Source of the DNA: Chrysomallon squamiferum
Lineage: Eukaryota > Animalia > Mollusca
Assembly: GCA_012295275.1 (NCBI GenBank)
Contig: CM022668.1
Span: 13,206,001-13,270,000 of the forward strand
Length of the DNA stretch: 64,000 nt
Direction of reading: 5' to 3'
Shown here: positions 1 to 13,900 of the stretch, piece by piece
How the letters are laid out: each line of letters starts with the position of its first letter
Numbering within the stretch: the first letter of the stretch is position 1
Program-made: the position numbers and the translations under genes
The notes under the pieces: generated by a model
The model's input: only the letters and a program-made list of their open reading frames with translations
Told to the model about the DNA's origin: nothing
Databases searched by the model: none

Positions 1-676
1 TGATTCTGATAAATTGTAGTTACACAAGTAGACAACTATATACTATTATACAGTATATAATAAATATTTACAACTAAAACTGGTTCATCAGAGGTACTTG
101 TTAATTAATTAAGAACAGGATATTATCATTACAAACTATTTCTAATTATAGAACTATTATATATTGAAATACAATTAGTATTATTAGTTGACTAAATAGA
201 AATTCTTATCACACTATCATGCCTATGATTATGATTAATTAATATTTTAATTAGTGATTATAATCATTATTAATCCACTAAATTTTATTTTTGGTTCTTG
301 ATTAAAGCACAAAATGTAATGTAAATAGCATGTGACATATTATTTGTTGGACTAAATAAATGATGAAAATAATATATGAGATACGTGACTCTGTCTCTTT
401 AAGTTGACAAAGTTTAGTCTAACTGATTAAACTCATCGGTGGACATTGACTTATTTTAGAAAACGTGTTTAAATTAATACAACTGTGAAGAACAACAGTG
501 CAAATATATTAATCAAAGTAATCAGAAAATTTTTACTTCTGATTTTTTTTTTTTTTAAATGCAAAATTAAGTTTATAGTTAAATCATCAAAAGGTGGAAC
601 AAGTAACTTAGCAGACGTGAACACAGAACAGCTGTCATTAATAATTTAGCAATTAATGAACGATTAAGACACTTAC

Positions 677-733
677 CGAGACTGCAAATAAGTGACACAC
701 ATAAACAGATTTCTTCCGCAAAAACGCCCCCAT
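677..733 (-). CDS. Candidate first coding exon of an unidentified gene divergent from BBS9
   Basis: Minus strand ATG at 733, MGAFLRKKSVYVCHLFAVS, then a consensus donor TCG|GTAAGT at 676-671, within a CpG-containing patch; no homology recognised. Confidence 0.35.
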
Positions 734-1232
734 TCTGCAGATTTGGTACGGTAGAGATTTTCCTTTCAAGCGAAAAAATAAAACATGCACCTGCAACAAA
801 ACAAATAGGGCTATGGAAGCTGAACTGGAAACTTCACACGCTACGATTCATGCAAATATGTACTGCATGCGAAATGGAAGGGAACCAGTCCAAAGAAACA
901 GGATGTGTGCGTGTAATCTCGTTCGCTCAATGGTATCTTCGTAAAAGTAGTTTCAGTTTAATAAACTCTACCTGAGATTACACGTTTAACATTTTGTATA
1001 CTTCCAAATTACTGATTAAAAATCTGATCACCTTAGCTAATAATAATAACGTATGAAAATACAACAAAAGTAATCTTTAAAATTCAAGCCTAACCATTTC
1101 CCATTTATAACTATAGTCGTTACGTCATGTCATTGATTGTGGAATAGTTAGTTTTTCTTTTAAGAATTTCGGGCAAAAAATCTTCAGTTTACATTGAATT
1201 TAATTCAAAATAACTAAATAAATAAATAACAA

Positions 1233-1266
<34 letters not shown>

Positions 1267-2630
1267 CTGGTCTAAACCAAAAATAATCTGAAATAATCAT
1301 ACCTGTCAATTAACATTAATGTATCAAAGATGTTTTAACCAACAACAAAAATATATTTTTAAATATATTTATTATTTACAATATTCCACATTGCAAAAAT
1401 AAATAGTTACCAAAAATTTCTGTCTAAGATCTGCGCACTGTATAATTTGCATTTTTAAAGAACATTTAATCTTATATTTTACCTAACTAATAACTACTCA
1501 GCAATAAAAAAAAAAGTAATAATAATAAAAAATAAATAACTAAAACAAATACTCCAAACACATTAATATAGTTATTTTAAAATTTCATATTTTTAAGACT
1601 TTTTAATAGTGTGGATTTTTTTTCTTTATAATTTTATTATATACGGTTATTTCTGATATTTTACTTATTCTGATATATTGGATCACAGAACAGAAATTGC
1701 CGTCGAATTACAGAAAATTTGTTAATAATAAAAGTAATGGTTACCTATTCAATTACAAATATTTTATGGGACATACTACACTTTAGTCATTTTCAAAATT
1801 AGCTATACATCATAAATATTGAATTAAAGACATAATGAATTTAGTTCAATATTTATGATGTACAGCTAATTTATACGATTCTAAAACCACGTAAACGGGA
1901 TGTTAGAACAGCATTGCGCCAACGAGATAACAGTCTATATGATTCAATTAACTGGTAATCATTCGTATGGTATTTTCAATTTATTTTCTATAATAGCGGT
2001 ACAAAGTGAAAACCCGATGGCATACATATCTTGTATTGACAGAAATGACATGGTGGAAACCACAGACGCCGAAACATCAAATTGTTGTCTAATGTGGTAA
2101 ATTCAGAAATTTTAGTCTCGTTCAGTGCCTGTTTAGTCCAGTCATTTAATTTTATCATAATTTTAGATAAAATATCACATTGTTCTAGTTAATTAACTGC
2201 AGAGCCTTCCGTATTGCTAGATAATCTACAGTACATACAGTGATATACAGTGACAGTGATGAGTGATTTAGTACATGATGTGCTGCTACTAGTAGTAGTT
2301 TTATTACTATATTAATATTAAATATTCAGCATATTAACATATATAAATGAAAAATAAATATGGATATATAATAAATTGATGACTTAAAAATACTGACTTT
2401 GTGTGTGTGTGTGCGCGCGCGCGCGCGCGCGTGTGTATGTTTAATATATAAAATTTAAAAAAATAGTATTTTATTAATAATCAAAATATCATTTAACAGC
2501 AACAACATTGATTCAGTTTGTAATATATTCCTTAATCTTCATTCATTTTGTAAATGTAATTCGTATTTGAGACACGTTTTAGTTTTACATTCAATGATGA
2601 AATGTATATTAATAAAAATCTTTAAATTTC

Positions 2631-2671
<41 letters not shown>

Positions 2672-2865
2672 CAATATAGCTTGAACTGAATTTGAACTGA
2701 ATTTGAACTGAATTGAATTCATCTGATAAAACAGTATTACAGTATATGCGAAAAATAGATTTAAAAAAAATAATAATAATAACAAAACGTCTCGGAAATA
2801 ACCAAAATATAGAATAAGAAGAGATTAAACATTAAAATTTTCTTTTATAAATTTCAGATGCTGAT

Positions 2866-2977
2866 ATGTCTTTGTTTAAAATCCGTGACTGGTGGTCTAC
2901 ATCAGTAGGAGAGGAGGAGGAGTTTGATAATGGCTGCCTGTGTGTTGGCAATGTTGACAATGATGGTTCAGAAAAAG
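2866..2977 (+). CDS. BBS9: BBS9 coding exon 1 (acceptor AG at 2856-2857 implies an upstream non-coding exon)
   Basis: ATG 2866; [37 protein letters not shown]; donor G|GTAATA, phase 1. Confidence 0.95.
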
Positions 2978-4132
2978 GTAATATAAATATTTATTTAAAA
3001 TTATAACCTTGTCAGTGGCAGACCTACACTTTTTTGGGGCCCTGAAACATGAATCGTAACGGAGGCTCTTTTGCAAGCAGCAACATGATTTGGGTAACCA
3101 CTGTTATCTTCTTCAATGGGCTTGTTCCAAGATATCATGATGAATGTGGATTAGTATTTTGAAGCAGTGTGGACTAAGGTTCCTCTTCTGGGGCTTCTTT
3201 GAGATTAGAGGTCCTGAAGCTTAAGCTTAATTAGTTACATAATAGATCCAGCCCTGATGATGATCATTGATAAAACATATCTAGATTTTTAAATATATGC
3301 AAAAATTTTAGTTAATGGATTTAGTTTTTATATTTTAAAATGTTAAATTTTGATATATTTAATTCCATCATGGGTGTTGTTGTCATCTGATAGCAGAATT
3401 TTGAATTATGGCATCATGAACTCTGGACCAGATAAACTATGATGTGAAACATCGGAGATGCTGCTGTATTTCTCTGTGGTGTCGTGACTGTTAATGAAGT
3501 CAGCATAGAAACAGAGAATTTTTTTTTAACTGAACTGCTACAGTGTCATTAAACTACACAAGAGAGTAATAATACCTGCATTCTTAGGGGTTTTTTGTTT
3601 TCTTTTTTTCTTCCAGATAAAATTGTAATTGGTAGTTTCCATGGGTTGTTGAGGATTTACAACCCGAATCCAGTGAAAACAGACTCAGGCTGGAGTGGAT
3701 TCAGACCACAAGATGTTCTCATTGAGCATGCGTTTTCACTGCCAATTCTGCAAGTGGAGATAGGACGATTTTCATCGTAAGCGTTTTCAGCTGTTAATTC
3801 TTACATACATTTATGACTGTAAGTGTGGGTATGTATCTGAGTGCATGCAGTGGAGTTCAGAGGTCTGGTGATGTCTGGGGCCAACTCTTGATTTTGTGTC
3901 CCAAAAACACAAGTATAAGGCCTAGTATTGAGAAATGTTATGAGAAAGGAAGATATTTTGAATACGTAAACACAGATGAAACATAAAATAAACACTTTAT
4001 TCAATTTAAATATAAATCAAACAAATTTATTAAGTTCTTTTCTCTGATTGGATGCTCCTCCATTTGGATGCCCGGGTCCACCACCCCTTTGCTCCCCCCT
4101 GCCTGCCACTGAGAATGTGTGTACTAATGAAT

Positions 4133-4190
<58 letters not shown>

Positions 4191-5036
4191 TTTATTGGAT
4201 GTAATACTCATTGAACCTCATATTCTGTTTAATAATATAATGAACATAATATAATGTTTGTGAGTATGTTAGTGAATGAATGAGAGAATTTTCGTAGGAT
4301 GTAATACTACTTGTTACTGTATATTCTGTTGCTAATCACATAATGAACAGAAATGTCTGTATGAATGTGTGTGTTTGTGTGTGCATCTGAGTATATGTGT
4401 GATTATATTTACATGTGCTTGTACATGATCCATATTTGATGGGAGGGTTGATATTAAAAACATCTTCATATAAATTACAACGTTGACAGTTGATTTATTA
4501 CTTAAATCAATATTTTTTTTTGTTTCAGAGGATCTGAAAAACTCCATCTTGCTATATTACATCCTAAAAGACTGGCAGTGCACAGTGTAACAGGTACCCA
4601 ATTACTAATCAGTGTCTGTACATAATTTAAATTGTAAATTTACAAAATAATATTTGGTTTTCATTAATTGCTACAGTATCATTAAATTACACAAGACATT
4701 AAATATATGAATTCATAGGGTTTTTTCTTCCAAATAAAATTGTAATCATAATTTTATTTCAGTTTTAAAATTTCGATATTTTTAATTTTCAGCCCTGTCA
4801 GGGGCAGTGGGCCATGGCCAGCAGTATCAGTTTCAGCTTCTGTACGAGCACGCGCTACAGAGAACATCTTGTAACTTCACATTTGGACCTTTCGGAGGGG
4901 TCAAAGGTAAACAGTAAAATATTATTGTAAAATTACATTTAGGGTTAGCACAACCACTGAAAAAAAAAAAATATATATATATATATATATTGATACACAT
5001 ACACACACATAATATATACATATGTACATACATACA

Positions 5037-5070
<34 letters not shown>

Positions 5071-6794
5071 AATATATATATATAAATATTTGTATACATA
5101 TATATTTATATATAGACATACATATATAAACACACATATATACACATATGTAATATAAATAAATAGTGGTTTGATTTTTAATTTGCATTTTATTTAGACA
5201 TTTATTAAAAAAATTGTTCGTACTCAAAAAAACCCCTAAAATTTCACGAAAATGAAAAGCAACCAATAATTATTTTAGAATAAATTTATATTTAATTTTT
5301 TTTTCCTGTTAATTGTTTTCTAATAATGAAGAAAAAAGACAGTAATAATTGTTTGACTTTTAAAAAACATCATCTGTAATGTGCAGAGTGTAATATAATA
5401 ATAATAATTGTTTTGAAATTGCATAATTTAAATAACTTAAATATTATCACCATCAGATAATGAACTTGTTATATTTCTTTTTCTCTTTTTTTCTTGGAAA
5501 ATATTGTTTTGTTTGCAATCCCTGAATGGTTATATAACAGTGATAATTGTTGTGTATTCTAAGTAACTATAAAATTATTTTTTGCATCTATTTGGATATA
5601 AATTTGTTTTTTTAGGGAAAGATTTTCTGTGTGTCCAGTCTATGGATGGCACTTTGTCAGTATTTGAACAGGAAACATTTGCATTCAGTCGATTTTTGCC
5701 AGGGGCTCTACTGCCTGGTCCAGTGAAATATGTCGCCAAAACTGACAGCTTTGTCACTGTTTCATCTCTAAGACAAATTGAATGTTATAAGTAGGTTTAA
5801 TTTTTTAACATTTGTGATAATATATTATAAGTAAACAGACTTATTTTTTTAATATTATGAAAGTTGTTTATGTTTGAGATATGATCTAGTGAAGTATGTA
5901 ACTAAAACAAAGTTTTGTTACAAACAAATTTAAGACGAAATGAATGTTATAAGTAGGTTTATTTTTATAATTCAGACTTATATGTGGATTAATTTTAAAT
6001 TTCAAATATTATTATATGTATATATGTGCATTTATTTTTGCAGTAATGTTGTGTCTGTCTTTATTTTTATATTTGAAGCAGTATTACAATGTTTATTTAT
6101 TTTATATTTGAAAAAGTATTAAAATCTGTGGATTTATTAGTAGTTTTGAAACAGTATTAAATGTGGATTTATTTCATACTTGAAACAATATTATAAGTAA
6201 ATGTTCCATGTAAGTATTTTTTTTTTTATATATTTGAAATAATTGTGGATATAGATTTATTGTATATTTGATAAAATGATATATTTAAGTTTATTTAAAT
6301 TTTTTAGGCATTGTTTTGAAGTATATTTATTATTATTTTTATTTTAGTTTATTTTAAATTTCAGATACCAGGTCCTAGCTGTTGCTTCAGATTCTAGCAA
6401 TAAAGAAGAAACGCAGAATATTAAATCAGGGAAAAAAGTTACAGTAAGACTGAGATGTTCATATATATTGCTTTGTTTTTATTTAGAAAAAAAATATATA
6501 TATATATATATTCAGAGCCCTAGCTAGAACTTATAAAAGAAAAAAGAAAAGAAGTTTTAATTGTTCTTCCAAGTCTCGACACTTTATTAAATATGTGCAT
6601 ATGTACAGTAGTGGATATTTCTATTTGTTTCTGTATGTGTGTGTTTTGTTTGTTATGTTTATGTGTGTTCATGTAAATGTGTGTATATTTTTATATAATA
6701 TAATAGATTTACATATATACATAAATATGAATTTATATATATATATGTGTATCCCTATCAATCTATCTATCTATTTATAAATCTATCTAATCAA

Positions 6795-6853
<59 letters not shown>

Positions 6854-7412
6854 ACACACACACACACATGTATATATACATGCATGCAAGTTATATATTT
6901 TTATTTAATTTAGTGTGACTGGGCATACAACATTGGTGAACAAGCTTTAGACATATCTGTGATAAATTTTCCTCAGGCACAGTGCATTTTAGTCCTAGGT
7001 GAGTAAGCTTTTTATTAACATTTATTAACAATATAACCAATATTCATTTAGAAGTGTACAGAATATGCTTATGTTTATTCAGTATGATCTATTCAGTTAC
7101 TTTTTATTTATTTATTTATTTATTTGTTTGTTTGTTTATTATCATTTTTTTTCTTCTCATATTTACAGAATATTTCACACAGTAAATTTTCCTTAATAAA
7201 TAATCACATTGTGATTTGCACGTATGAGGCTTGTCTTTTTAGTATTATTATTATATTAGTTTGAAAAAAGGGGTATTATTTTATATTTCTTTCTAAAAAA
7301 AATTTACTTTTTTTTCATTATAAAATTTTTTTCATTTTAAAATTTTTGTTTTTTTTTAATAGAAAATTTTACGTTAGTTTTCATTATAAAAAGATTTTAC
7401 TTTATTTTTCAT

Positions 7413-7500
<88 letters not shown>

Positions 7501-10500
7501 TATTGTTATTTTTCATTTTAAAAATTTTTTTTTTTTTTTTCAGGAGAGAGAAATCTGTTTTGCCTGTCTGAAACGGGGACACTGAAGTATATGATGAAAT
7601 TTGAGTTTGAACCTTCCTGCTTCCTGCCATATGCCTCATGTAAGCTTCAAATCATTGGTACAATCAGCCTGACTTATCTGGGGGTATTTGGTTCCTGTGC
7701 ACAAATCACAGATTCTTGGGACATTTGTATAAAATGTTATAATTTTATCCCATATATGTTGACACTTAAAACACTTTTATGTACTTCGGTGAAAAGCTAA
7801 AAGCATACTGTAGACCATTATCAGAAGACTGTACAATAATTTAAAATATAAAAAATGAATTCTGAACTGCAGTTGCTCAGATCTGCAGATATGGAACCTG
7901 CAGATAATAATGGTCAAATGCAATACACTTTTTCAAAAAAAATCTATCAATTCATATTTTGAATTTTTAAAAAGCTTAGCTTGTAAATCAGTATGATATT
8001 TTTGTTTTTTTTTTGTTTTTATACATCTCACAGTCACAATAAGGAAGGACCCACTGATATTAAACCTACATTGATTTTATTAACTTATATCAAAAATATT
8101 TAATAAATCATAACGGTTAGTAGTACTAAAATTAGTTTTCATAAAATGTTTATTTTAATTTCATGAATATATTTATCATTCACTATTTGACAGTTTTGAC
8201 TTTTCATGCCACTATAGTGACCACTATAATATCAATCTATAATCATCACAATTTTGTTTTCTAACATCCCAATAAGTGCCATTATAGGTGTCAGAATTTT
8301 GACTACCGATTCTGCTATACAGTCCACACTTTTGCCTTCACTCTGATGGCTGATACAGTTGTAATGATGTTTACTTCCCCTGTACCTAAAATGACTGCTT
8401 TAACACTCAAAACAAATTAATTATATCAGAATCTCTCATATATTATATAAATATTCATCAGCTTCCAATAACCTTTCATTATTATCTATTTCTATTTTTA
8501 CCTTTAGATGTCCAAGCCACCTTTTGTTGTATTTAATAAATAGGTTAAGAGGTTAATTAACAGATTGTAGTGAATTGATTAAGAATTAAGAAACTAACAC
8601 ACTTCAGCTGGATGATGAAATTAAGGGTTACAAAGTAGTAGTAGGGTCTTTTTTGTTTTTTTAATCAGAAAATAGATTTTCTGTAATAAATAAAAATTAA
8701 TAATACCTAGATATGACTTATGTTTTTTTTTAACACCAGTGGCTGAAGGCACCGTCAACTACATGATAGCAACGCACATCGTCACTGATGGTGTATCAGG
8801 ACGTCACACTCAAATGGGCTGCAAAGATGGAACACGTTCCGGTTCAGTTGAGACTTGGCAACTTCTCGTAAGTACATGGAAAACTAAAAATATTTTGTTT
8901 AGACTTTTAATATTTAGTATAGCCAGTCTTCAAAATTTTAAAATTGTCTCAAAACTAATCATGGTAAAGTCTTAAATTTAAAATTGTCTCAAAACTAATA
9001 ATGGTTAAGTCTTAAATTTAAAATTGTCTCATGGTTAAGTAATTGGTTATAACAAAAGAACCAAACAAGCCTGACTAAATGTTTTCTGATACATTAATCT
9101 GTTATAAACTATAAACGTTTTGATGTTTTTTTATATAACTGGTTTAATTGTCTGTGTATCTCTGTGTGTATGGGTGCTGTGTGTTTCTGTTTGTCTTCTG
9201 TGTATCTGTCCATTTGTCTGTATGAATATCTTCTTTTTTTTAAATGATCGTATAAAATGTTAAATATATATAATCACTTTTCACTAAAATTGTGCCAGCT
9301 CTATTTTGTTTTTAACCAGAAAATTATGATGTTGCAATCGTTAAACTCATAAAGCTTTTTCAGTGATTTAAAATCTATTTTACTGATTTAAAATGTATTT
9401 TTAGTGATTTAAAATGTATTTTCACGGATTTAAAGTATATTTTCAAGTGATTTAAAATGTATTTCAATGATTCAAAATATACTTCAGTGATTTAAAATGT
9501 ATTTTCAGCAATTTAAAATGCATTTTCAGCAATTTAAAATATATTTCAGCAATTTAAAGTGCATTTTCAGCAATTTAAAATATATTTCAGCAATTTAAAA
9601 TGTATTTTCAGCAATTTAAAGTGCATTTTCAGCAATTTAAAATCTATTTTCATTGATATAAAATATATTTCAGTGATTTAAAAGGAGTGATAGTGATGCT
9701 GAATGACACAGGACAACTTGTATGTGGCTACCTGGGAACTGACCCTGCAATCTTTGTTCCCCCAACAGTAGATGCCAGAGATATAAACTATGCAGAGATG
9801 GATAATGAGATGAGAGAACTGCAGAAAAAAATCAGAGAAAAATCCCAGAAAGCCAGTAAGTTTACGTAGATCTCGGAAAATGAAAGGAGTTGATTACAGA
9901 TTTGGGTTAGAGTATTATTATAAAATTTAGAAGGTCACAGGTTTAGAATTTCTTAATGTTCAGTTTTGGTAACTGTTGCAGCTTAATTATTTGAATCCTT
10001 GTCTAAAAAGTGTTGATTGTTAAGTTATTTATTTAAGTTGTTACCTCAGAAATATGGTTTATCAATGGAAAGATAAAATAATAAGTATTTTATAGCTTTT
10101 CACTGAATAAACTGATAGCAGGAGATATCCTATCTTGAATTACTATTAATATATTGTAACAATAAAATAAATAATAATAAAAAAAATAGAAAACAAATTA
10201 TTGACATTTTATGAATATTGATGTTACCATTTATTCATTTACTTTAAATGAAAACAAAATGAAACATTACTATCAATATTTGTTAATGTCTTATGTTTAT
10301 AAATAAAATTTTAAAATAATAATGATTTATTAATTATTTTTAATGTTATAATTTAATTATTTTTCTTATAGTAATAATGCCACATTTGAAAACGGATGAT
10401 GACCTACAAATAACTGTGTTTGTAAATCCACATCTTGATGATGTTTCTGTGAGTAAAATTATTCATTCATCATTCATTCATTCATTCACTTATTTGTTTG

Positions 10501-10939
10501 TATACATATTGTATATATTTACTAATTTCTTTACTTATTTAATCTAAAAACGTTTAGTATTGTATTCTGTGTAAAGTATATATTAATAAAAAATAACAAT
10601 ATTTCTAAATCTATATGTTGATGATTTTGTATAATTATTCATTCATTCATTCACTCATTTTTTAATGTATTTATTAATTAATGTTTTTTACTTTTCTTTT
10701 TTTCATATTTAACATTATTTTTCTTTACCAAATCTACCTGTTTATCTAGCGACTCAAAAAACAAAATAACATCTACATTGATATCTGAAATATTGTAATT
10801 AAATATTTCAAATTATCACATCTAACAACATTGTTGCCATGGAAACCTTACTGTTGTTTTTTATCATTACAGATGGCCACCGACTTGGAATATGAAGACA
10901 GTGCCAAAGTTCCATCAGTTACAGCCAGAGTAAGTATAT

Positions 10940-10986
<47 letters not shown>

Positions 10987-13900
10987 TTTTACTTTTTATT
11001 TATTTCACATACACCATTGTTGCCAGTTATTTTCATATATCTCTGATTCCTTAAAGTCAGTGTGTCAGTTAAATGAAATAAATTTATGGCAGTGTATGCG
11101 TTTGTTTTCTTGTTAAATATATATCTGTCTGTGACTATATGAACAGGTGTTGTGAATAAATTTTGTTTATTTCCAAGTCATTTAATTTTTGTTAAAGTTT
11201 ATCAGTGTAAATAGCCAAACTGATATTTTATATTCTGCTGTATTTGATCAGTTTTGTTAAACTTGGGGGAAAATATTTAACTCTTTTGAATTGATGATAA
11301 AAAAGTTAATAATTCATATGCAACTAAAATGTCTTTATGACTTCAGTGCAGATTATATTGTACATAGGTTTTCTGCTAAAAAAAATATATCAGATAATGA
11401 GCTCTGCAAATTAATTTTTCTTCCATAAAGCATGAAATTATTAATTAAATGGCATAATTGCATAACAGAATTATTGTTTTTATCCCAAAAATGTAAGTCT
11501 GAAATGGTTAAGTTATTTGTTACTCCTAAAGTTCATCCTTACCTTCTTTGTTTCTCTGCAAGAATTTTATAAATCTTTTTATTATTATTTTCTTTTGCTA
11601 AAGCCCTCTCCCCACAGATCTGTTCTCATTAATTAAATGATTTCTTTGTGCAGTTTTGGGGAAATGTCTAATCTTTTTGTAACAAAATGATATTTTCATG
11701 ATAATAAATGATGAAAGTTTGTTTTAACAGGTTTTTAATTTGTTAAAGTAAAATGCATTTTGATGTTACTTGTAGCAAAAATATTGTATTATATATTTTA
11801 TGTGATATGAAAAGAGTTAAGATTTTAAACATAAAATAATGTTAAGAATAATTTCACCTGTATTGCATTATTAAAATGTTTCCAATCAGGTTTTGTAAAT
11901 TTACGGTTATAAGTATTATTTTAATATTTAATTACTTGTTTTATCATTTTAATAATTAGAAATTTTTTATTACTTAACTAATGTCATAATTTTAATGTTA
12001 AAATATGATAATTTAAATGCCAACTATTCAATTTTAATATTAATATTATACTGTTACTATTATTAACGTGATAATTAATTTTATAATCCCATCATTAAAA
12101 TATTAATGTTTAAAAATACTAATTTAAATATTTAAATGGTGCAGTTTTAATTCTATATTGTTACAGTTTTAACATTAAAATTTTACAGTTTTATGGCAAA
12201 TTATTACATAAATATAATTTTGTTTTTATAAAATTGTTTTCCTAATTTTATTTTTTAGATTCAGCTGAAGTCTAAACTTAACATTCAGGATGTTAAACTG
12301 GAAGTTCACACAAAATGGCCTTTAGCCTCAAATACAACCTCTTTCAATATTCCAAATATAGGTAAATAATAATAATATTATGATAAATATAAGAATAATA
12401 ATAATAATAATAATATTAATAATAATAATAATAATAATGACAATTATCTTTATGATGACAGTGATGATTATGATGATGTTAACAACAACAATGATGACAA
12501 TTATGTTTATATTGTTTATTTTTCAGATCCTAATCATCCAAGTGAAAATTTCTGTGCCTTCTTTCTCAAGGGACATGGTTTACCTGTAAACTTAGTGGCT
12601 CAAATTGCAGCAAGATACACAAGTTCCACAGGTATTAAATATACACGTGTGTGTGTCTGTATGTTTACTTTCTTTTTTTTAAATGTTTTGCTCTATTACA
12701 CTAAAAGTATATATATATATATATATAAAATATTTATATAATTATTTTTAAAGTATTGGTACCAATATAATAACTAACAATATAAATTTAAAAAATAATG
12801 ATAGAAAAAAAAAAAATGGTAACAGTATTAACAATAAATAATTATAGAAATAAAACGTAATAATAATAATCTGATTAAAAAATAATAATAACAATATATA
12901 TATAAATAATAACAACAATAAAAACATTTTTACTTTTTATTTTTATTTTTAGGAGCACCACGAGTGACTATGGCCAAAGTGAAGCTACCATTTAAGCTGG
13001 TGATTAAACCAGTGCTGCCGATAAAAACAGCCACCCACAAACTGACCGTGGACACAAACAAACAGCCTGTCAATCTCAATGAGCTCTTTCCTGGTAGGTT
13101 TTTTTACTTTCACAGATAATTACTGAATAAACAGCTGTATATATACATATACTTCTTAATGTTCTTTGGTATTGATAGTTTTAAGTGTCGAATGTGGTTT
13201 TTAGGGGTATAATAATTACAAATACATTCTCAGTGAGCTCTTTCCTGGTTGTTGTTTTTTTCTTTCATAGATAATTACTGAATAAACAGCTGTATATATG
13301 TATATATATCTATATATACTTCTTAATGTTCTTTGGTATTGATAGTTTTAAGTGTCGAATGTGGTTTTTAGGGGTATAATAATTATATGTACATTCTCAA
13401 CGAGCTCTTTTCTGGTTGTTTTTTTGTCTTTCACAGATAATTATTGAATAAATATATATGGTTCTTTGGTATTGATAGTTTTAAGTGTCGAATGTGGTTT
13501 TTAGGGGTATAATAATTATATGTACATTCTCAACGAGCTCTTTTCTGGTTGTTTTTTTGTCTTTCACAGATAATTATTGAATAAATAGGTCTTTATATAT
13601 ATATACTCCTTAACATTCTGTGGTATTGATAGTTTAAAGTGTCGAATATGGTTTTTAGGGATATGATTATTATATATATATATATATTTATATATAACAA
13701 AATGGTTGCTGTAACATACTTCAATATTACTAGTTTTAAGTGTCAAATGCAGAATTTGGGACTATAATGATATATATAACAATAAAAAATATTGCCACTA
13801 TGCTAAGGGCAGGAAAGAACATATTGTGGCATTCTAATTGTACAAATATTAATTCACGATGCATGACTTATTTCTGTATACTATACTATGTCTGGAACTT

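Noticed and set aside
1900-2100. 66-aa ORF upstream of BBS9
   Set aside because: No homology; the region may instead hold the non-coding first exon (possible donor at 2097), which I cannot establish
9633-9673. An upstream repeat acceptor rescuing the exon 9 frameshift
   Set aside because: The nearest AG, 41 nt upstream, has the right phase but introduces an in-frame TGA, and the conserved YQDVTLKWA motif would still be lost
9358-9682. CRISPR-like array
   Set aside because: Contiguous tandem units without unique spacers, inside a eukaryotic intron, and no cas genes
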